From positions 150,350,001 to 150,414,000 of the forward strand of contig NC_043000.1 in NCBI RefSeq assembly GCF_006345805.1: DNA of 64,000 nucleotides, in the 5' to 3' direction. The stretch is from Octopus sinensis. Its lineage: Eukaryota. Below are positions 26,880 through 38,345 of this stretch, in pieces. Both the position numbers and the translations under genes were made by a program. The stretch's first letter is position 1. Each line of letters starts with the position of its first letter. A model generated the notes under the pieces. That model worked only from the letters and a program-made list of their open reading frames with translations. It was not told the origin of the DNA and ran no database searches.

Positions 26880-28978
26880 TAGCATCTTTCATTTCTATTT
26901 CCATTTCTTGCCGAGTGTCTTCCTCACACCTAGCGCAAAGAAACATACTGTATTGGCAGGCCATTAAAACAAGCACACCAGATTGTTCATTTATAGAGTC
27001 ATGTGACAGAGAAAAAGGAGAAGACAGAGAAAAAGGAAAAAATAAAAAATAGAAAAGTAAACAGATAAAATAAAGGAGGAAAAGGAAAAGAATTTGCAGT
27101 GACAATGCTCTTCTCAATACGTGTTACGTACCAGTTAAGACAATCTTTTGCACTTCCTGTATGGATGGTAAGCCAGGGATCATTCTTAAATAATTTTCAG
27201 TTCCTTTTTTGATCATTCCAAGAGCTCCTACAATCACTGGTATTGTAACTGTCTTGAGATGCCACATCTTTTTGATTTCAATTAGCAGATCTTTATATTT
27301 TCTGAGCTTATCAAATTCTTTTGCCAAGATATTATAATCACAGGGTTTGCTCATGTCAATCAATAAACAGACTTTATTACATTTGTCTTTCACAGCAATA
27401 TCTGGTTTATTTGCCTTGGTGGTCTGATCTGTACATACTGGGAAGTCCTAAAGAATAGTTACATTTTCTCCCTCAGTTACAGCCTTAGAGTTGTGTTTCT
27501 ACCATTTGCCAGCAATTTTGATTTTATAATGTTGACTCATTATCCAATGGAGATATTGGCCAACTCTGTCATGACTTGATTTGTACTCTACAGGTGCTAA
27601 AACCTTACATCCAGTGATTAGGTGGTCCACTGTTTCTATCCCATCATTGCAGTATCGGCACTTTGGGTCGACAGCATTTTTCATGACATTGGATTGATAG
27701 TTCTGGGTCAATAAACTCTGATTTGGGGCAGCCAAGATAAAGCCATCACTCTCTGTCTTTAGCCCTGAGCTCCATAGCCACTGATGGATGTGCTTCTGGT
27801 CTACATCAGCTTGTTTGATACAGGGTACATATTTACCATGCAGAGGTTTTTATTTCCACCTATCAGCCAATTGTTCAAGTGCATTTTGCTTTGCTATTGA
27901 TCTCACCTTCTTTGCAACTACAGTTGCAGCACTTCCCTTATGCTGTTCAACTTGGGTATTATGCATAAACGGTGAACCGGCCAAATCGTTAGGACACTGG
28001 GAAATGCTTCGCAGTATTTCGCCTGCCGTTACGTTGTGAGTTCAAATTCCGCCGAGGTCGACTTTGCCTTTCATCCTTTCGGGGTCGATAAATTATGTAC
28101 CAGTAACGCACTGGGGTCGATATAATCGACTTAATACCTATGTCTGTCCTTGTTTGTCCCCTCTGTGTTTAGCCCCTTGTGGGTAATAAAGAAATAGGTA
28201 TTATGCATAAACTCACTTGAAAATTTTTTGCTCTCCTTCATAACAGAATGAAGCTTCTTATGTCTTTCATAGTTTTCAACAAGCTTTAGCATCCAGTCGT
28301 TAGAAGTTCCAAGATATCTTGCCAGTCCAATCTTGGTGATTTTGTAGGAGATTTTGAAATGGATCAAGCTTTGAGCTCTGGAAAGGTAAAGATAATCTGT
28401 ATTGGCCTTTGGGTGGTGCATCTTAATCCAAGTCAGCAGCTTACAGATATTCCTGTTAGTCTTCCTTATTTCACTCATATTCCAGTTCAACACATTGAAA
28501 CTGTAAATAACAACAGGAACTGCTAAGGAATTTATAACTAAAACCTTGTTATGTGCATTTGACTCAGATTTTAGGATTGCTCAAACTCTCCCATAACACT
28601 CCTTTTTGATCTTCTCTTTCATACTTGTATGTTGAATGCCCCCATTTATTCTGAGGTATTTGTAAGTTTGTTCCTGCTCGAGTTCTTTTATGAGTGTGTC
28701 AAACAGTTCAGCCGGAATTTTGGAATCTGGTCCAGTCCCAGGGGTTTCCATTTATGAAACTTTCTAAGAACACATCTTAGCTCTTCTATTCCCATTGCCT
28801 CCCATTTCTGCTCTTCATCTTCATCCAGTCTCCCTTTCTCACATTCTATCCAGTCAGTTTCAGCATTATACTCTTTTTCGTTGTTCCATATCTTCCTCCA
28901 GAATTCTTCCATTTCCTCAGTCTCAGGTGACTCTTTTACTTCTATCTTACTTTTGCCAATTTCCCCATAAAATTTCTT
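26880..28978 (-). mobile_element. R4/Dong-type non-LTR retrotransposon (RLE endonuclease), 5'-truncated and internally deleted
   Basis: FWRKIW..EKEYN and KWK.LGLDQIP; CCHC finger CRYCNDGIETVDHLITGC; KPD..LLID..PCD.N...KEFDK.RKY.DL..EI..MW; PVIVGALG. Ends in (AAT)n(AAG)n. Confidence 0.85.
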
Positions 28979-29004
28979 TATTATTATTGTTGTTGTTGTT
29001 TTCA

Positions 29005-29958
29005 TTGATGCTTTTGCTCTTCTGACGTTCTACCAACACTATACCAAAAGAGCAAATTGGGCAAAGTTCTTTTAGGTCATTTCGTCTATTTCAACTTTCT
29101 AACACCCTCCTTAGTATCCTTGTTGTTCCTAACAAGGCTATTTTCTGCAACAGCTTCATTTTGATAGAAATTCTTAGCTAACTGTTCCAATGTGCCAACC
29201 ACAATCAGTACCACTTCTACATACCTGATTCTCCATAGTGTTATGACTTCCTACTTCAGCTCCTGATATTTCTCCTCTTTCTTGCTTTCCTTCCCATTCA
29301 TTCTGTGGTCCCATAGAGAAGCAATATCCACAATAATTGCTATGTACTTTTTCTTATTTAAGACAACAATGTCCAGTTTTTTGCTACAATAAAATGGTCA
29401 TTTTGGATGGTTGTGTCCCACAAGATATTGAAATCGATCAATGGAAATTGCAGCTGAGTTACCAGTGCCGGTGGCACGTAAGAGAGCCATCCATTCGTGG
29501 CCATTGCCAGCGCCGCCCTGACTGGCCTCGTGCTGGTGGAACGTAAAAAGCACCATCTGTTCGTGGCCGTTGCCAGCCTCGCCTGGCCCCCGTGCCGGTG
29601 GCACATAAAAAGCACCATGCGATCGTGGCCGTTTGCCAGACTCGTCTGGCACATAAAAAGCACCCACTACACTCTCGGAGTGGTTGGTGTTAGGAAGGGC
29701 ATCCAGCTGTAGAAACACTGCCAGATCAGACTGGGCCTGGTGCAGCCTTCTGGCTTCCCAGACCCCAGTTGAACCGTCCAACCCATGCTAGCATGGAGAA
29801 CGGACGTTAAACGATGATGATGATGATGATGATGATTTTCAGCAATCCTTTCCAGTTGGTGCTCATACCATTTCTCACATCTGCCTGTGTCTATTCATGA
29901 TAAAGCTTCCAGTGAACCAATCTGACAACCAATCTGTTGTGTCTTGTCTTGTACTCTT
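29005..29958 (-). mobile_element. Second R4/Dong-type 3' fragment, interrupted by an RTE-tail element (29420-29836)
   Basis: EYKTRH...VHWKL, LWDTTIQNDHFIVAK, AIIVDIAS, KEEKYQELK, LGTTRILRRVL*. Flanked on both sides by (AAC/AAT)n. Confidence 0.75.
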
Positions 29959-32900
29959 ATTGTTATTGTTGTTGTTACTGTTGTCATTGTTTTGTTGTTA
30001 AAATAAGAGATTATAGTCTCATAATATTCTGTTGTGTCTGAAGAGAGTCATTTTCTTTTTGTGCCTTATAATGTAACACACTCACCAGTAAAATTTCCAC
30101 TTATTTCTTATTTTTATTTTCCTAAAATTTTCGTTGTCTTGCAACCTTTTCAATAGTCTTGACTCTGTCCGTTATTTACACTGCGTTCCTTTTTGTTTGT
30201 TTGTGCACATGTGTGTGGGTCAGTGTGTGTGCGTGCCTATGCATGCATGCATGTATGTATGTATATGTGTATGTAAGTATGTACGTATGTATGTATGCAT
30301 ATATGTATGTATGCATGTATGTGGTATGTATACATGTGTATACATACCACGGCGAGCTGGCAGAATCGTTAGCACGTCGGACGAAATGCTTAGCGGTATT
30401 TCGGCTGTCGTTACGTTGTGAGTTCAAATCCCACCGAGGTCGACTTTGCCTTTCATCCTTTCGGGGTCGATAAATTAAGTACCAGTTATGCACTGGGGTT
30501 GATATAATCGATTTAATACCTATGTCTGTCCATGTTTGTCCCCTCTATGTTTAGCCCCTTGGGGGTAATAAAGAAATAGGTATGTATACATGTGTATATC
30601 ATCATCATCATCATTGTTTAATGCCCGCTTTCCATGCTAGCATGGGTTATATATATATGTCTCATAATAGCTAAATTACTAATTGGGTTACACATGAGAA
30701 GTTGAGAATTAGCCCTGACAATCATCAGAAAAGACTGAAAGGAATAGTATAGTGCATGCTGGAGGTAAGAATATACTGTATAATGATATTATGAGTTTTA
30801 ATTATTTCTTAATGTATTTCTCTTCAAATATTTCTATGTGTAAATATTATACTGTGAATGTTAAGAAATTGTGATTTTCATGAATAATATTATTTGTATT
30901 ATTTGTTTTATTGTTGTTGTTCAATATTTTTTCAACAATTCCACTGGAACACATTCTCACTTTGTAACATGAAAATCAATGGGAAAATAAACTTCATGTT
31001 ATGGCAAAATTTTCAAGAATGCATTGCTTCCATAATAAGAAGGATGCCCGTATACTAATTTTCATTGAAAACTGATGATTCACTGTATCAAATTCCTTAC
31101 ATTTGTACATTTGTTCAGGTGATATCTGTCTATTTGTCTAATATATATATATATTGTGTGAGTGTGTGTGCGTGTGTGTGTGTGCATGTGTGTGTCTGTC
31201 TGTGTGTGTCTGTGTGTGTGTGTGTGTTTGTGTGTGTGTATGAGTGTGTGTGTGTGTCACCTGAAAAAATGTTTAAATTTAAGAAACTTAATACAGCAGT
31301 TACAGTGACTCAACAATTTCCTATGAATATAAATGTGCGCATGTATATGTGGACACTGGATGCACAGTTCTATTCTTTCACATGTAAAAAAACCCATTCA
31401 AGCGCTTAATATACATTAGTAGGAAAGAGAATACTGTGTGTTTATATATGTATTACATGTAGCAGTTATACCCTTAACATCCATCCACACTACAGATTAA
31501 AATGGTGATATGAATTCAAAATTGCTGTTTAGATACAAGTCAATCCTGAGTAGACTGTTCATCAGATGTATTCCTGTTGTAACTATCCTATTGAGATATT
31601 TAGGACTTTATTATTTAGTGGCCGATGCCAGCGCTGCCTTGACCGGCTTCCATGCTGGTGGCACGTTAAAAGCACCAACCGATCGTGGATGATGCCAGAC
31701 TCCCCTGGCACCTGTGTTGGTGGCACGTAAAAAGCACCCACTACACTCTCGGAGTGGTTGGTGTTAGGAAGGGCATCCTGCTGTAGAAACACTGCCAGAT
31801 CAGACTGGAGCCTGGTGCAGCCTCCTGGCTTCCCAGACCCCGGTTGAACCGTCCAACCCGTGCTAGCGCGGAAAACGGACGTTAAACGATGATGATGATG
31901 ATGATGTATCATTTTTGTTTTTGAATTGGTTAGAGCATTGTGCTCATAATCATGAAGTAGTGAGTTCGATTCCCGGGTTGAGCTGTGTGCTGTGTTCTTG
32001 AGCAAGACACTTGATTTCATGTTGCTTCAGTTCACTCAGCTGTAGAAATGAGTTGCGACATCACAGGTGCCAAGCTGTATTGGCCTTTGCCTTTCTCTTG
32101 GATAACATCAGTGGCGTGAAGAGGGGAGGCTGGTATGCATGGGCAACTGCTGGTCTTCCATAAACAACTTTGCCCAGACTTGTGCCTTGGAGGGTAACTC
32201 TCTATGTGCAATCCCATTGGTCATTCATGACCAAAGGGGGCTTTTTCTATAATTTGAGGGAGAATGAAGAGCTTGCATAGCAACTTGATTTTAATGATGG
32301 AATAACAAAATATATTTGTATTTATAGTTGTCTTTCAGTCTTAATATGTACAGCTATAGATCTTCATGGTAGAAGCTTGGATAAGTTTTATTTATAGAGC
32401 TGAGAGAATCCAGGTGTTCCTTTACACAACTCATGGTATGGCTTTGTGGTTAAGAAATTTTCCTTCATAGCCATGTGGTTTCAGGTTCAATCAAATCTGT
32501 GGCACTTTTAGTAAGTGTCTTCTGTCTTAGCCTTTGTGAACAAAATTTGGTAGATGGAAACTATGCATAAGCCTGTTGTGTGCATGTGTGTGTGCATATA
32601 AATCCCACCAAACACACAGACACAATATATATATATATATATATAATAAAATATTAGGGAATAAATCCAAACTTACAGGGAAAAATCAGATTTAGGATTG
32701 AATCCAATTTTATAGTAAAATGTTATATTATATTAAATTAGAGATAAAACCACTATTGTTACATATTGTTACATATTGTTGCATATTGTAACCATAACTC
32801 GAATTATTACGAATTGGACAGCCCTGAAACGATCGTAGTGTTTTACTCATTATCTTTTATTAAACTTTTAATAATTTTGATATATATTTAAAATAATATA

Positions 32901-33579
32901 AATTAATTAATTTTATGTATTGGCTTAAGTTTTTCATTGTTTGATTTGCCTAATAGTGGTTTTTATCTCTATTTTAATATAATATTATATATATATATAT
33001 ATATGTATATATCAAATACAAAATGGGACTAGAACGCAAAACATCCAGGCAGTTAAGTGATGCAAAAAGAGACAACAAAACATTCAGGTAGACGATACAA
33101 ATAAAACAAGGATGGGTCATTCAAAGTTTTCTTTCTTCAGTCGAGTTCCAGATTATGTTTGCATATGTTTGTATATGTGTGGAGGTGTTTATATCAATGT
33201 GGTTTAGTGGTTTGGCTATTTAGCTCACAATCATAAGATTGTGAGTTCAATTCCCAACGGTGTGTTGTTTCCTTGAGCAAGACACTTTATTTCATGTGGC
33301 TCCAGTATGCTCAGCAAGAAAAAGTAAATTATACCTGTAATTCAAATGGCTAAACTTGTCACATTCTGTATCATGCTGAATCTCCCTGAGAACTACATTA
33401 AGGGTACATGTGTCTGTGGAGTGCTCAGCCACTTGCACATTAATTTCACAAGCAGGCTGTTCGGTTGATTGGATCAATTGGAATATTTGTCATTGTAACC
33501 AATGCAGTGCTAGTTTTTGGGGTTGTTTTTCCAGTTAACAAAGACATGTGTATTGAACAGAGATATCCTTTAGTATTTA

Positions 33580-33862
33580 TGAGAATCGGCTGAATAGTTC
33601 ATAAGCTGACCAAGATACTCTCATGGAATATGACCAAATGAGGTTTATTTTTCAACATAGTTTTCTTTGCAGTCCATCAATGTTGCAGTTCCTGCATCCC
33701 AATGGTGAAGAAGCTTTCATCCAGTTGGTCAAAAAAGTCATTAACAACAAATATTACGTCATCACTCTGATACTGGTTCCTAGCCAAGTGTTTTTCCCCG
33801 TTAGGGAACAGGCAATAGTCAGATGGGGCCAAATCAGGAAAATAAGGAGGGTAAATCAACCC
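33580..33862 (-). mobile_element. 3' fragment of a third mariner type
   Basis: YPPYFPDLAPSDYCLFP...FF..GMQEL followed by a TIR-like end GAGAATCGGCTGAATAGTTC. Confidence 0.7.
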
Positions 33863-35039
33863 TCCTTATTTAAATGTCTGCCTGAGTTCAATGAAATAAG
33901 TACCAGACAAAAGCCCGGGATTGATATATTTGAGTAAAACTTTTAAAGGTAGTAACCCAGTGTGACTGCCAATGAAAGATGACAACAAAAGGTGGGAGCT
34001 GGTAGATTTTTATTACAATATAAGAAACAACAATGAAAAATATTATTTATTTTTCCTGAGCAGAGATAAAATAGTTAAAATGATAAGGCATTAAATTAAT
34101 TGCTTATGATTTCAAATGCAATAAAGGGCTTTCATGTTTAGTCAAAATATTTTCTTTTAAATTACTTAAATTCTCTTAGATAGGTTCCAGATTCATGCAT
34201 ATATCATCTCTGATAGGCTGACACAACAAGGCACAGAAAGGTTTATCCTTCATCCGTGTGGCTTTAAAAGTTTTCTTTAACACTTGTATGATGAAGCTAC
34301 TTGATATTTCTACAAGGAAAATGATGGCACCATTTTGACAAGAAGCAGAAAAGAGTTTATAGAGAATATTTGAATTGTAAAAACTTCAAAAATTGTAATT
34401 ATTTTTGAAGAAGTCAACTTGTTTGTCTTTTTAGTGCAACCGTGGCAAACTGACAGATTGTCTAGGGTCTCATTTAAAAGTCAAGTAAACATTAATTGTA
34501 TTACCAATTAACCAAGTAGGAGTGGTTGTGTGGTAAGTAGCTTGTTTACCAACCACATGGTTCCGGGTTCAGTCCCACTGCGTGGCATCTTGGGAAAGTG
34601 TCTTCTACTATAGCCTCGGGCCGACCAAAGCCTTGTGAGTGGATTTGGTAGACGGAAACTGAAAGAAGCCCGTCATATATATGTATATATATATACGTGG
34701 GTGTGTTTGTCCCCCTAGCATTGCTTGACAACCGATGCTGGTGTGTTTATGTTCCCGTTACTTAGCGGCTCGGCAAAAGAGACTGATAGAATAAGTACTG
34801 GGCTTACAAAAGAATAAGTCCCGGGGTCGAGTTGCTCAATTAAAAAAGGCGATGCTCCAGCATGGCCGCAGTCAAATGACTGAAACAAGTAAAAGAGTAA
34901 GTCAGTTTCCTTTTCAGTTTTTATTTACCATAAAACACACATTATTGAGATATCCATGTGACTTGACTGATGTATATTACCAGCATTTTATGACTTTATG
35001 TCAGTGAGAGCTATTCTTATCAACAGTGGTAAGACTGAA

Positions 35040-35320
35040 ATCAGGATGCAAAAGCTCTGTGGGTATTTTGTAACAATGAGAAAGAAAAAGAAAACCAGGT
35101 ACAAATGGGAGAAGAAATTGCTACTTCTCAATGTGTCACAGCTCTGATATTATGGACATGTGATTAGAATGTTGCAGGAAAGAATTACAAGACACTTTCT
35201 TCAAGCCAAGCCAGCAGGGAGGAGAACCAGAAGTAGACCAAGAATAAGATGGTTGGATAATATCCATAATCTCAGTTGGTCGCACTTGGGAATCCGTTTA
35301 GAAAGTGTAATGATAGTTGT
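35040..35320 (+). mobile_element. RTE LINE C-terminal remnant
   Basis: RMLQERITRHFLQAKPAGRRTRSRPRIRWLDNI. Confidence 0.6.
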
Positions 35321-36651
35321 TTCTTATTTCTTCATTGCCCACAGGGGGCTAAACACAGAGGGGACAAACAAGGACAGACAAAGGGATTAAGTCGATTACA
35401 TCGACCCCAGTGTGTAACTGGTACTGAATTTATCGACCCCGAGAGGATGAAAGGCAAAGTCGACGTCAGTGGAATTTGAACTCAGAACCTAACAGCAGAC
35501 AAAATACAGCTAAGCATATTGACCAGCATGCTAACGTTTCTGCCAGCTCACCACCTTAATAATAGTTGTTTCTGATAGAACCCTATGGAGGAGGTGCCCA
35601 AGGACTCTACCCCCACGACCTTTCCTAGGAATAACGGGCAAAGAAAATGGATGGATGGATGGATGGATGGTAACATTCTTGCTATATTCCTTTGGTGAAG
35701 GTGTGAGGCTTAGGTGTTTGGGCATTTTGTTCAAGATTGTAAGGTCGAGTTTGACATTGTGTCCTTGAGCAAGACACTTTATTTCACATTGCTCCAGTCC
35801 ACTCTGCTTGCGAAAATGAGTTATACCTGTATTTTAAAGGGCCAGTCTTGTCACATCCTGTGTCATGCTGAATTTCCATGAGAACTACATTAAGGGCATG
35901 CATGTCTGTGAGATGCTCGGTCACTTGCATGTTAATTTCACAAGCAAGTTGTTCCATTTATCAGATCAACTGGAACACTCATCATCATAATCAACAAGTG
36001 CCATTTAATATTCCTTTATCTACAAGATCAACAACTCATTATTTGAATTACATTTTTTGGTCAAGGCTACAATCACAACAGAGAAAATAAATATCCTAAA
36101 CTCAATAAACTATATCAAACACACATACACAAGGTATGTGTATTGCCAGTTCATGGGCAGACTGCAATTTATAGACATGAGAGAATGGTTTCTCATCAAT
36201 ATGTCTGGTATAAAAACACCTGGAAGCCATAGACAAGCAAGATAACTCATACCAGGTCCTGTTCCAGGAGTGGTAGACATTAATGTTTCATCATCTTTGT
36301 AACTTACCAATACCATGTACTCAAAACTAGGCCAGACAAGCTAAATCACTTGTTATGAAAATATGCAAAATGGTGTGAGAACCCTGTGCTGGCATATCCC
36401 AAAGGCGGCAAGCTGGCAGAAACGTTAGCATGCCAGGCGAAATGCTTAGCGATATTTCGTCTGCCGCTATGTTCTGAGTTCAAATTCCGCTAGGTCGACT
36501 TTGCCTTTCATCCTTTTGGGGTCAATTAAATAAGTACCAGTTACACACTGGGGTCGATATAATTGACTTAATCCGTTTGTCTGTCCTTGTTTGTCCCCTC
36601 TGTGTTTAGCCCCTTGTGGGCAGTAAAGAAATAGGTATATCCCAATGTTTT

Positions 36652-36952
36652 ATACCACAGAAATTCAAATATGAGTGAGAAGCAGCCCAAGGAATATAAA
36701 CAATATCAATCATACATACCCAAAGTATGTGTATTGCCAGATCATGGCCAGGCTGTGATTTATAGGCAAGAGAGAAAATTTTCATGTCAATACACCTGGT
36801 GTAAAAACACCTAGAAGTCATAGTCAAGTGAGCTAACTTATGCCAGAGATCTGGCCATGAACTGGTAATACACATACCTTGTATATGTGTGTTCGATGTT
36901 GTTAATATTCTTTAGGCAGCTTCTCATTCATATTTGAAATTTTTCTATGGCT
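36652..36952. mobile_element. ~300-bp foldback/MITE-like element; diverged partial copy at 36105-36260
   Basis: About 100-bp imperfect inverted arms (CAAATATGAGTGAGAAGCAGCCCAAGGAATAT...CCAGATCATGGCC) around a ~100-bp spacer. Confidence 0.75.
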
Positions 36953-37494
36953 TGAACCCAATATTAAAAACTAACTTAAAATATTCAGTATAGATGTATT
37001 TAAGACCAGCTTTTAAAATATAATAGACCACATATTTTGTCTTTTCAGATCATTGAATGTGAATAATATGCATATAGGCGCAGGAGTGGCTGTGTGGTAA
37101 GTAGCTTCCTTACCAACCACATGGTTCTGGGTTCAGTCCCACTGCGTGGCATCTTGGGCAAGTGTCTTCTGCTATAGCCTCAGGCCGACCTATGCCTTGT
37201 GAGTGGATTTGGTAGACGGAAACTGAAAGAAGCCTGTCGTATATGTGTATATATATATATATATATGTATGTGTGTATATGTTTGTGTGTCTGTATTTGT
37301 CCCCCTAGCATTGCTTAACAACCGATGCTGGTGTGTTTACGTCATTAATAGATTCTACAGTGATCTCTTCTTAATATTGGCTCCAAAACATTTATTTTTC
37401 ACTTGGAATATGTATTTTTGTTCAAATCAACCAGAATTTTTGTATGTGCTTAACCTCAACAGCATATAGACTTACTTTTGAAAAATATTGTAGG

Positions 37495-38345
37495 CACAGG
37501 GTGAGGGTGTGTGGTAAGAAGTTTGCTTCCCAACTTCATGGTTCTGGGTTCAATCCCATTGCATGGCAGCTTGAACAAGCATCTTCTATTATAGTCCCAG
37601 GCCAATTAAAGCGTTGCGAGTGTAACTGGTGGAGGGAAACTGAAAGAAGCTGTCATATATATATATATATATATATATAAAAGTGAGGTTGTGTGCTGTC
37701 TGTCTCCTACGATTTAGATTCCTAACTACTCCCACATTTTGCGGTGCAGTTTAACCAAAACCAGGTATCTTATAGTTGTGATTCATATCGAGCCCTTCTG
37801 GGTATTAGCGCGCGTCTACGATGAGTCTACGATTTAAAAAAAAATTTACAATCAATTTTTCTCATTTTTAATGCATTTTTGGCATATATAAGGGAAGTAA
37901 CTCTCTAAAAATTTATTATTAAATCTCAAAACGTAAAAAGTTACAGTAACACCACCCCCTTTGTGGTTAGCCATATTGAGATGGCTGTTATACTTTACAT
38001 CTCTAAAAATGCTTATATAGTTATTTCCCTTACAAACCCGAGCAATGCCGGGCGATACTGCTAGTATATATATATTATGTGTGTGTGTGTGTGTGTGTGT
38101 GTTACTGTCTCCTTGCCTTGACATTGTGTGGTAGTTGTAAATGAATGTCACCATCATACAAGCAGCATCCATAATTTCCAATCTTCTATGAAAACATATC
38201 TGGTCATGGGGGAAATATTACCTTGCTTGGAAACAGGTAAGGATTGGCAAAAAGAAGGGCGTCTGGCCACAGAAAATCTGTCTCAACAATTTTCTGTCCA
38301 ACCCATGCGGGCATGGACAAATGGACATTAAAACCTTGATGATTA
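37495..38345 (+). mobile_element. Chimeric SINE (family-1-like head + RTE-type GAT tail) split by a Helitron; relatives at about 41180-41597 and about 58500-58770 (3' part)
   Basis: The head runs to GAAACTGAAAGAAGC-(TA)n; after (TG)n come GGGAAATATTACCTTGCTTGGAAAC, AAGGGCATC-like and ATGATG tail segments. Confidence 0.65.
37670..38064 (+). mobile_element. Non-autonomous Helitron
   Basis: 3' hairpin CCCGAGCAATGCCGGG followed by CGATACTGCTAG|T. The 5' end lies in a (TA)n run and is approximate. Confidence 0.75.
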
